From Haliotis rufescens (taxonomy: Eukaryota): a stretch of 63,840 bases of DNA. The notes under the pieces were generated by a model. It searched no databases. It saw only the letters and a list, made by a program, of their open reading frames with translations, and had not been told where the DNA came from. Below are positions 23,839-36,400 of the stretch, one piece after another (the stretch's first letter is position 1; every line of letters starts with the position of its first letter). Where the stretch lies: the NCBI RefSeq assembly GCF_023055435.1, contig NW_025963890.1:19282001-19345840 (forward strand). Reading direction: 5' to 3'. Both the position numbers and the translations under genes were made by a program.

Positions 23839-26101
23839 TACACCTACAGAAATCAATGAGTTCTGTGTTATTTATTGAGAATATATGAATTTTTTATGTA
23901 TAGTTCCTAGAAACAACGTTAAACGGGACATAAAATGTTGATAAAAGCCATTAACCCAATAGGAGATATGCCTCTTAGACGGTAACTTCACATTTATCCT
24001 CCATGATTATATATTTATCCCATTATTGTCCATTCTCAAATTGAATGCATTCATGGCATTTGATTATTTAGAAAGCAAAGACCTAGAAGAGTGTTTGTGT
24101 CTCATGGGAAAGTACATATTCATCCACTTTCCCACAATGGAATGAACGTGCAATGTGTATATTGCACTTTGACATTGCACTGCTAAAACACGAAAATACA
24201 TATCAGGATATATTTCTTACGTTTAATGGTTTAATACAAGACAGGAGTACAAAATAATACAAAATTAAGACATATAGATATATCAAGGAAAATGCTGTTA
24301 ATCCCAAACACACGAAAAGCAACGTGTTATAATATTGTTATTCGTGTTGGATTGTTCTTTTTTCCAATTAGATGTTCATTGAAATATAAAACGTCAACGC
24401 CCGACAATAACCAGTCTCGATTATCCCACGAAACAGATTCCATTGGGCGGAAAGGGCAAAATAGGGATGAACATTACATGAATGGATCACTGACAAGTAG
24501 TGATGACACCAGGTGTTCACGAAAAGAAAAAAATGCACTGAATGCATTACATGTCCTGGGACTTTACATTTGTATTTACTGAAAGTATTTTACAGTAATG
24601 TGTGATAAGTTATCTCAGTCTGTAAGCATTTTTATATGCGTTGTTTTATGTTTATGTTGATGTTAAATCACCAGTGTATAACGAGCATTTTTTATAACAG
24701 GGTATTCAATATTAAATGTATTATTTTGATTGATCATGGAAATACAAATAAAATGAGACTAAACATGTCACAACTAGGGGGAAGTGGCCTAGAAACTTAA
24801 ACATAAATACGAATGTTACATAAAATTCTTAAGATTTCTATTTCTTTTTTCGACATGATATATTTTTGTAGAATATTGCCCTCAAACGGAGGGAGATACA
24901 AGGGGAGATATAAAAATGTATTATTAACATGCATTGTAATCGTTCTTGCAAATAACAGACAAATCGTGTCTTTCCAGTTGTACGCTCCTCTTTCAATAAA
25001 CGCAAATGCAACTCGTACTGAAATACGTTAGTAAATGTATTTCCAGCATATGAGAAAGTCTTTTTAAAGAAAAAAAACAGTGCTGCAAAGATCACGTGAA
25101 CATTCCCGCAGATAATTTGCGCTGTTTCTCCCAGTCCGTGTTTGAGGGATACCACAAGACCTCTCTACAAACTTGAAAGCGAGAAAAACCTTTCCAACTT
25201 TTATTTAAATGGGCGTATGTACCATAGTTGTTGTCTAATTTGTCGACTAGCACGCCAACGTTAAGTTCCACATATTTCATCTAGAATCCCCAAAGCTAAT
25301 TATACAATACCAAGCCTTTAGAACCACATCGACAAGCCCTTACCCGAAACAATGGGTCCATTTGTTGTTATTTTGGGAGAAGGTGGACCTACAGATGCTC
25401 TTAGTGTTTCTTATTATATGCTCTATGTTTTTTCACATAGGCTTTGATTTGTTCCTTCGAACCCACCATTGATCCACATGGAATTCTCATATATGATAGC
25501 CACGATGCGGGGAGTATGGCATTCATAAGAGGAAAATTGTGTTCTATTGGTGTTTAGAATTAACTTATTCAGAATCTATGTTTGAGAGAAAAGGTTTATT
25601 TGCACGCAGAGCAAACCTAATTTGAGCTCCAAAGAATACCAGGAGTTCCTGCTTGAAAAACCCAAACTGTTGACCAAATAATTGCGAGTGTAAGGCGAGG
25701 ATGCCAGTTTGTCAGGATTAAGTGAGTGACAGAAGAACTCCCTGCAATCCTAACCATGCCTAAATACATTGATCCCCTTCGTCTCGCGCACTTTCGGGAA
25801 AGTACAGAGACCCTCTGATCGCCAAATGTCTGAAAAAGGCGGATAATCTTTGTCAATCGTTTGAGAAATCCTCCCTAGCCAACGAAATGGCGGATATCCG
25901 CCGCTAATCTCAAATCGACATTCGGACAAATATGAAGTGTTTAGACTTCGAGGAGGAACCATTTGACAGTTTGACAGCCAGTACCGTACCGTGGGGACCT
26001 CCATGCCAAGTTGACTAAAGACCGAACGCCAAAGACAGAGAAATATTAAACGGGGACGAATAGTTGGAGCCATTTATCCGAGAGTTCGGCATTACACAAA
26101 G

Positions 26102-26177
26102 ATGGCAATGGCGGCAATAATAGCTGTAATAAGTTTCACAATACCTGGATATATATCAACTGATAGTTTTACTACAG
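26102..26177 (+). CDS. CUB-protein exon 1 (putative signal peptide MAMAAIIAVISFTIPGYISTDSFTT)
   Basis: AAGATGG start context, upstream in-frame TGA at 26012, CAG/GTAAGA donor, phase 1 matches the next exon. Confidence 0.6.
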
Positions 26178-29100
26178 GTAAGATTTCTTTGTAATGTTAG
26201 CATACGGTTTAATGTTGTGCAATGTATACTATGTGCATATCCATCATAATGATAAGCAGCAGAGAAAAATACAATCCTCTGTTCAAATGTTATTGGGTAA
26301 GTTCATCTATTTTATTTCATAACATACATCTAAAGACCCTTCCAAATTATGAATAACTGCTGATTACAACGGTATTCGTACAGTATGTGTTTTATACTAT
26401 TTTTGTCGATATATAGTTGGACATTTCTTCTATATCTGCCAGTCAGCATTGACTCTACAACAAAACGTTTTTCTAATTGAAAACATCGACATTCTGAAAT
26501 GTACATATTTGTACATGAGAGCTTATGTTTAATTTGCGTGCTGGCCCCTGTGAAAGTTACATTTCAATTCCTTTTTATCCCACAAAGACGTGTAAAATGT
26601 ATCGATCCAGTATGTAGTCACGCTCAGATCATATAGACTCTAGGATATATCTTAGTTCCTTTACAAGCATAAACTATGACCGATGAATTGGTCATTCTTT
26701 AGTTTTCAATATTAAGCCTCTGCATATTCTTATTTAAACCCAAAGAACGTTAGCTGAGGTATACAGTGTATATGACATGGTCAACAATGTAACGTGTTCA
26801 TAATCTGCTGAGGTAACAAATGTGAAGCAAATATTTTCAAAATGCTTTACAAATTGTTCATTCGAAGATGCTTTTGGACGAGTGACAAATGTTCTCTGAA
26901 GTACTTGTGTTTAATATCTTGCCTCGGTGACGATAGTTTGTGGTAATCCTGTAAATGCAGTTTAAGGAGATGGAGCTAATGAGAGGCACGATGTCATACT
27001 CTGTGCCTTTGTTGCTTTATAAAGCTTTTAAATGTTAACACATGGTTCAATTTGATAATAAGATTGAATGCCGGAAGAAAAATGTACTTATGATGATAGC
27101 ATCCATTTTGTGCTGTATCTTATGTTACACAATGTTCAATTCTATTTACATACACTAGTATATAAAAGTATAATACACACTGTTCAATTCCATGTACATA
27201 AACCACTATATCAAAATATAATGCATAATGTTCAATTATATGTACATACACCATTGTATTATACATAATGTTCAATTATATGTACATACACCATTGTATT
27301 ATACATAATGTTCAATTATATGTACATACACCAATGATTGTATAAAACTTTATTACTCATAGGGTTAGAGATAACCGAGTTCATAAAAATCGTAGGTGCA
27401 CGAGTGCAAATGTCATTTCTAACGCACTAGTGAATTGTTTACATCATCATTGTTGACGTCATTCAAATGTTTTTGGAATCAAAAGTTTGGAATAACGTCA
27501 CACTAGAAACTTCGTCATAGCTGAAAATGATTGACGTCATTCGACATTTGTGGTTTAATTAGACGTGATCAATGCATTTTTTTCTAAAAGGTTAAAAAGG
27601 GCTCGAGCGGATAAAGAAATAATTGTTAATAAAGAAATTACACACGCATGTGTGTCATACTGATTTTACGAAAGTCGTGTAAGAATGCATGTATTACCCT
27701 CGCTCTCGCTTGGAAGAAACAATAATTCTGACAGTCGTTTCGTAAATTCAGTATGACAGATATGCTCGTATAGTAATATATATAATACATAATATTACAT
27801 TTCATGTACATACACTGGTATATGAAGGTAAAATACATATAGTTTAGTTCAATGTACATACATAAACACCACTATATAATAGTATAATACATAATGTTCA
27901 AATCCATTTGCATACAGTTCAGTATATAAAAGTACATGAATGCTATATACTGTACAATTCCATGTACATACTAGTACACGACTGTATAAAAGTATAATAC
28001 ATAATGTTCCATTACATTTACTTGCACCAATATTTAAAAGTATAATACAAACTGTTCAATGCCATGAGCATACACCGCTGAATAAAAGTTTAATACACAA
28101 TGGTCACTTACATGTACAGTTACCATTGAATAAACGTATAATTTATAATATTCAATTTCATGTCCGTATACCTCTATATGATTGTATAATACTTAATGTT
28201 CAATTTCATGTGCATGCACAAGTATTTAAAATTATGATACATAATGCTCAATTTCATGTACATACACCAATATATAAAAGTCTGTTCATAAAAAGCAATA
28301 GTGATTCAATTATATGAATCGTGAAATAAACAGGAACGTAATTAGGTAAGGATAAGATATATAGATGAACAACTTCTTTATTACAATTAGGTGAGTGAGT
28401 GAGTTAAAATTTTAAGTCACTATTACAATTAGGAGCGACGTTTCGGTGTAGGTTCTAACACCGTTTTCAAGTACTTGCTTGATAACGCTGTTAGAACCTA
28501 CAACGAAACGTTTCTCCTAATTATAATAAATACTCCAAAATAATAGAACTGAGAGAAGGAAATTAATTGCTTTAATTGTCAAAGCACAAATACAGAAAAT
28601 AACAAATACGCGAGAAAACGTATGTTTTCTCTTGTCTTTAACAAAGGAAATACGTCGTTTTTCCCATTACCAGAGGCATGCAGTCTAACGCCCATAGCAA
28701 ATATCACAAGAAGGTCAAACGACGCAACGCTTACTTTTACGCAACAACGGTATATTCCTATTGAAATGTTAAGCCTGAAAAGTAATTTCTTTTGTTTTCT
28801 TATTTACCTGCTATCAGACGCCGATTATCCTGGAAAACACACATTTAGGGTTGTAGCTTATACTTGAAAGTGACACCTCTGATAAGTCGTCAGAAGTATG
28901 AGAAAGCGTAGAGTTATATGCTTTGTGAGGTATATTATATGTGTGTTGTAAGTAATGCCTGTATCTCTCACAGTGTGTATGTTTATTCAGATTTGGGATT
29001 GAGGAAAAAGGATACTTGTCTATGAAGAGTAATCATAGTGAGTGAAAAGTCAAATTGCAGAACATACTCACATTCATTTTACAATAGTAACATAATTGAT

Positions 29101-32100
29101 GTTATAATGGTAGGTTTACACATATTAATATATTTTTGAAAGAAAACAGGAAGGTATGTTACTAAAGTGAGTGAGTGAGTATGGTTTTACACCGCTTTTA
29201 GCAATATTTCAGCAATATCACGACACCAGAAATGAACTTCACACATTGTACCCATGTCAGGAATCGAACCAGGGTCTTCGGCGTGACGAGCGAACGCTTT
29301 TACCACTATACTTCCCGACCGCCCCTATTTTACTAAAGAACTAATAAGCAGAATGGTACATCGTTAACTTGAAGTGCTTGGCACCATCGACAGTTTCGGG
29401 ACCAACGAGGCCGATCCAAGACATGCAGTTTATATTATGGTCAATTGCTTAATGGGAAGAATAATATAGCTTTAATATTGACACCAATCTGCATACATAA
29501 GATACATGGAAACGACAGCCGTTATGTTTGTTATGAAGACAGAATATTGCTAAATGATAGTGGTATTCCGTACAATTCATCTTCCTCCTCAAAGACCGCA
29601 TCCATGGGCGTCTACCGGGAGAGCGTAAAGTCGGTGGTTCGATCCCCCGGTCGCGTCATACCACAAGATGCCTGATGCGCGGCGTTAAGGGGATGGAACA
29701 CGAACTGGTAGGCTCGGAGTCAGTATACTGAAAGGGGTATCCATGTTAAACTGCGGTATGAAATCTCAGTGAGTTAGCACAATATAACCAGCATTAGTCT
29801 GGACGCACACGCACACGCACACGCACACGCACACACACACACGTGCATGAACGTCAATATATAACTTATATCTTGAAAGCGACGTTGAACCAGGTCACCT
29901 CGCCTCACCTCCTTCTCAATGCTACAACATCCGTCAGTGCACGTTACGTATTGGGGGACAATGTGAACAATGGCATGCTTAAACTGTGTGTTATGCCTGA
30001 TACGCCTGTAACGCCAGTGTTACTTCAATGTTTTGTTACGTTAAGGTTACGTATGCAGTGTCACAAGAACGTAGATGTATGGGGCAGCTAAGATTAAGTG
30101 GACAGCAGTTGGTACATCTCACATTCAGCTATATACTTTAGTTATGAAATTGAAGATAAATGATCATATCATTTAATGCTTCTTTTCAACGTTGCGTATC
30201 TATTTTCATAACACAATATTTTTATTGTTATCCATGTGACATTTGACAAACATGACACAAAACTACTTCAAAATAGAGCTAAATTATTCAACAATGAATT
30301 TTGTTGTTGAGTACTCATTAAACATGAGTACATCATGCTGTTGTGTGGGTAGTTCTGACTTATAACCATTTTTTGAACATTGTTAAGGACACGTTAGGCA
30401 GGCAGTATTGTACACTGCTTGCCCTTGCTTTCATATGTCAGCCGAAAAATATTCTCTAATCACAATTGTTATCCCTGAGAAATGATATACCAGTAAACGA
30501 CACAGAAACACACTAATATGCTCGATAAACTAGCCACTTCAATTATCATGTATATATGATCATCATACAGTCGTCTTATCGATAAAACCATATGCACACT
30601 CGCATGTAAAATTTATAAATCAACGTTTTACTCACATTCGTTTTATACTGATTAAATTACAAACAAATAATGATAAAGCCAACTCCTATTCAAGTGAGTA
30701 TTTATGGGTCGCTTCGGTCGTTCATGACATTGATCAGGCAAGACGAAGGCCTCCTGTATTTTTGCTCACCTGGTCGCAATTTCCAACCGGCGACTCGGCG
30801 TTTGATTCAAAGAAGACTTTGCTACTTCTCGCAGATGTGTTTATTTACCAATGCGAGGATCAGCGATCAAACGCTATTTCTCAACAAATTACGCTAATAA
30901 AAAAGATTCGTGTTTGTTGAAGCAAAAGGGAAATATGTAAAATCCCTATGGATGTTGGTGAGAATGGAGCAACTCTTCGCTGTAATGTCAAGAGATTAAC
31001 CGGTGGGTCGATAAGTGTGTGCACCGCCGTCACTCATGGGACATTGTAAATATGTCCGTTGTTTTCATGCACTAGAACATGTTATGTGCTTTCGAAATTT
31101 AAAAACTTAACGGTTTCTTTCTTGGTTTTTACTTCACCAAAGTTTAATCATGTTTGACCTATTTGAGCCACGTGTCCAGTCAACATAGGTCCATGTATGT
31201 AAAAATTAAAATCTCTTTATGTTTCTCTACATGATGTACCAAGAGTTTAAATACGTTTTCTGATTTAAAGTTATATATATTTTTTTAATTCGGAACCATG
31301 TATTTACTAATTGAAATTTTCATTCTGCTGCTAAATAAATTGCTATATTCATATACCGAGTTATGAAATTTTACACGTTTTGTTATTATAGTTTAAAGAT
31401 AACACTCAGTGTGTTCCGCGATATGTTTAGTTTCTTAGCGGAATGAGGAAATCACCACAATAATGATCACTATTTACTATTCTGTATTTACAAACCCCAC
31501 ATGTCAAGCAACAATACTGGTTACACTTTTCTTTAGCAAAGAATAAATAAAATGCTTTGTGTCAAGCAATAATAGTTTTGCCAAGCAGTTACTGTATTAC
31601 ATTCACCCTAAACAGTAAAAAGGTATTAATTGTAGAAATGAATGTTTCTCGAAGACACGATCGTATTTGGATAACAACTTGTTATTTCTAACGACGATTC
31701 AGGGATACACTTGTGCTATCATCCGGTAAGAGAACATCATGTTGATATAGATAAATAACGCGAAAAAACTCTTTCCATTATCATAAGAAGTCTCTCCTAA
31801 AAGGAGAGACCTTTGTACGACTATATCATAAGTACGGGTTTATGAATCACTAACAAATAGTGATGATACAAGGTTTTCGCGAAAGATGAGCGTATTCTGC
31901 TCCATCTGTGTGAGTCATAAACACATGTAAAGGTTTAGTGGACAATTCACCTGAATAAACATGGAACATATGGCACAAGTCAAAACAGGGATTTGCATCA
32001 GATATCATTTTGTCACTGATGCGTCGAATTTGGACATGAGGCCTTGAATGTTGTAACCTTGATCAAATAACTTTTGAACAGGAGTCATATGACCCTCTAT

Positions 32101-33387
32101 TAAATCTTCGTAGAAAGATATTGCTCGATATAGCCTTGTGGATAGTATATTTGTAACTTAATCTGATTGCATATATCATAAATATGAAACAGATGAGACG
32201 GTTTCATTGGCCTCTGTTACTTCCTACACTTGTCTCTTTTTGTAGTTCAATCAATGCAAGGGAATTGGCTATTTGACCATTAATTAATGATATACCTGAA
32301 CCTTGAATTAAACATCTTGGCCACATCCCTTTGTTTTCGCCAATCCGAGCAGGAATTCTATAGTTGCCACGTTTAGGGCCACGTGCCCCAGGGATCATGG
32401 AATGCCGTTTTTCCTTGTCGTGTGGGATAGTGTTGTGCAAAGTTAAAAATTCAAGTGTTTTGACATAATTATTTTTCTTTTGTCGCCTACAAATGTTGTT
32501 GTAGCCATGGCTTAACGGTAGCATTCACAGGATGGGTTAAACTAAAACATAATCATCATTGGGTTAGAAATGTCTGTAACGTATTGGAAGAATTAAACTC
32601 GACCATGTCTGACTTACATCTGCAAGGTGTAAAACAGATGCGCAGCGCCATTACAAAATCTACATGTGAAAAGATGTGATCCACTGAGAAAGACACAGTA
32701 CCAAAATCACGTTAAAAACAATTACCTTAACAAAGAAAAACCTCAACTATAGTACATACATGTACACACTATTCTGTTTCCACGGGGAAAGTATTGAGCT
32801 ACATTTTTTATATCTTTTCTCATCACCGACCGCCCATAAAAACCGGCCCGACCCTAAAGTATTTTTTAAAAAAAATCCAAGCTAAATTCTGTTCCGGTTC
32901 CTCGCTTTTAGGGTTACTTTTAATTCCGAATTTGAACTTCTTCCTTAAATTCTGGCCTCACGAGTTATGTCGTTCATGATCAAGTCAGGAAATGTTGTTG
33001 CTTTGAAGCCTTGAAGGTTTGTTTAGTACAACTATGAATTTGGTTTTGAGTATTTGGGAATAGAAATAAAAATTAAATTCTTCCTTCCATCCCAAGTGAC
33101 GAGAAACACGATTCGGTTTATGTGACTTGATAATTTTTAAGGAACCAATAAGCCCCAGAGTAGAACTTCACATTTTCATTTTCTTTCAACAAATGCCAAC
33201 GGGACCTTAGAGCCAAATCCACATTTTATGTGCCTGTTAAGATATATGAGCACAGCTTGCCTTGCCTTACTCTTTGCAGGTTTTACGTGTGAATCATATG
33301 TTGAAGGGACAATAGTTTATACAAGTGCAATATAGCCAAAGTCTAAAGATATTTGCCTGTCTTTTGAGGCAATTGATGATGATGATT

Positions 33388-33422
<35 letters not shown>

Positions 33423-36400
33423 CCTTTCAGCTGAACAAAGGCCCCCGGGTACCTCGATGGACCAGTTCAGCGAGACATGGTCAACCGGACAGCACCTGGA
33501 AAGGAGATTCACGGACTCACCTCTGATTGAATGGACTTTCTTTCAGAAAACAAACGACGTGTATGAATCCAGTGACAGTAGTACACAGAATTCTGACTCT
33601 AGTCTAGGTAGTTATGCAGATTCTGGTACAACTGAGCACTACCAATACGACTATTATAGTGATGATAGTAAATCATCTAACACTGATCCACACCCCTTTT
33701 ATAGTACCAATGAAGAGGAATGGCGGGAAACTACTAATTCAGAACCCAAAACAGCATATTCTGAAACGCGGCATTTTAATTCTCATTCAAGTCATGTTAT
33801 ATCTGAATCTAGTACACAATATGAGTCTGTAACACCAAATGTAGATACCAGTACCGTTAGCCAGACAACGGTTGCAGAAACCCATTACGCTGATTCCACC
33901 TTAGGCTCATCGGGAGGGATCTCTCAGGATCTTTCCACATCTTCACCTAAGTTCACTGATTGCGTTTATGATGTGTCAAGGACGTCAGGGGAGATTATCT
34001 TTCCGGACAATCTACCCAGAGCAAATTCATCGGAGGTGTTGACATGTAAATGGAGAGTTCGAACCCCCGTCGGACCAAATATAAAACTCCATTTTAGAAA
34101 GTTGGAACTGGAATTAGGATCCGAGTATCTGGAACTTGCAGTAGGTATGGCCAGAAATAAAGCTACGAGGCTTATCACGGGGACCAAACTGCCAGCGGAT
34201 ATAATTGTAAAGGGAACAGAGTTGTGGCTGACACTTAAGTCAAGGCAAAAGGATGGATTTACGCAAGTGTCTCTTGAGTTTGAGGAAACAAATGAAAGTA
34301 TGTATACCTTTGTACCTGTTCATCCGGTTTCATTCTTGTGTCCACTTTGTGTTGATATTGTATAATAAAGAAATGCTATTAACAGCCTATGTAGCAAAAT
34401 CTAATATTTGAATCCGTAATTATTTCAGACAGCACATTCCCTGTATCTGACAATACAACTTGTGGCGGTCTTTTGGTCGACATGGAGGGCAACGTCTCGT
34501 CTCCCGGATACCCCGACAGGAATTACTCCACTAACGAGGTAAAGAGACCGGATATAACGAAGTCGGATATCACGAACCGTCGGTTAAAACTAACCAATTG
34601 CTAATCGCTTTACAGTTGAACGGTTAATAGTATTAACCTTACAAATGCTGAACGTCAGATACTTAGAACTGAAGATGTACCTTGGTGTCAGTTATATTCG
34701 GAGATGGCTTATCAGTTAAGGTACAGCGTGCGAACATAAGGTAAATTAAAACAATTAGAAATGTTACGTAACATTTTACACTTACATGTTACTGTGAGAG
34801 AGGAACCATTTCCCTTTTCTACGTACATGACGAACTAAAACATATCGAACTGATAAAGATGATCGGGAAAAAGGAAAAGTTAGTTAACAGCTTCACATAA
34901 TTACAAATGCTACTAAATTCGAATTTCCTTTCATCCTTTCGTGTGTTGCCACATATTCATAATATTTGTGAATATTGTTGCATGAAATTAAAGTAATTTC
35001 TGTCCTTTCAGGAATGTACCTGGTACATCGCTGCCCCGGCCCACTCTGTTATCCAGATGAGCATCATGGGTTTCAAAACTGAAGTATACGACCAAGTCCG
35101 AATTGGTGTGGGCCTCCTAGCTAAGGCTCCAACTAGCAGGCTCCTTACTCTCTTTGGCGATCTTGTTCATGAGAGGGAGACCATAGTCCCCGCCAACTCC
35201 TTGTGGATAAACTTCTACTCAGATGACACAATAACTGCTAAGGGTTTCTTTATCCGTTACAAGATTATTCCAAGAGGTTTGTTAAGGTTTTTTGCATTCC
35301 ACATAATGTTGTGATAATGAAGCAATGGAACATATGTATAGTTCTTATATTTAATGATAATCCACATTCGGATAATTGTTTTATTAGTAGTAGTGATATT
35401 GTATACAAAGTAACGTGTTTCAGTAAAACCATACGGAACCGTGATATTTTGTGTCAATTAGAAATGATATTGTTAATCAGCGTTTTCACTTTATATTGTT
35501 AGCTATCTGCAATACAAGCAATGTGTTCGACTCTGAAAGTGGTGCCATCACTTCAGTCAACTATCCGAAACCCTACCCCATTAACAGCGAGTGTACCTGG
35601 ACCATCGCTGGCCAACCTGGGTCCTACATAAATATGACCTTTCACGACCTCAGGATCCAAGATGGCCGCGATTTCGTTCTTGTTGGTCAAGGTTTGTTGA
35701 AAACATCGAAATCGCAATTGTTTACTACTACAACGCAGAAACTTTAACGCATGCATCAACAAAATATGAAATCCCTTTACATATTCTAATAAACACAATA
35801 ACCTGATTAAGGACGATAGAAGATAGAAGGACGGTCGAAAATTGTGTTCATAATGTCAAAGATCCGGGTTCCAGTCCTCACTCATACAGTATATAAATCT
35901 TCATACTGCATTCCATGTCCTACTAGTGGTACTAGTTTTTCGCACCTTGGAAACGAAATATTCACGTATAATTTGTTTCATGAGAGTGTGCTTTTACTCA
36001 AGAGTTGACACAGTGTTTCATATTCCCACTTTGAAGGTAAAGAAGTTTTCGATGGTCCATTCACTACCTACACTGGGAACATCACCCGGTCCTTCACATT
36101 GACTGTGAAGGCCAGTAATGCTTGGTTGCACTTCACGTCAGATCATCTGATGGGGGGTGATGGATACAGGGGATTTAATATCTCCTTCAGTGTCTTTGAG
36201 AAGGATCTTGATGGTAAGTGTATCAATCTTGCATGTTCTTGAATGTCTTTTGTTCATATGTGTAATATTATAAACCCATTTATTTGTTCGTTTACGAATG
36301 AACATCTTTATCCTCTTTTTGTATACGTGTGTACAGATATGTCATCTCTCTTGTCATATTTGCACATTCTGTATATACAATTAACTGAGCACAAAAAATA

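Noticed and set aside
27940-28317. His-rich 125-aa ORF
   Set aside because: It is the translation of the 48-bp satellite, with no splice or signal support.
33325-33430. ORF-track N-terminus (poly-Met) as the main start of the CUB gene, and the antisense poly-Ile ORF
   Set aside because: The ORF begins at GTG, the stretch is a microsatellite, and a good acceptor at 33430 matches a signal-peptide exon at 26102. Kept only as a speculative alternative start.
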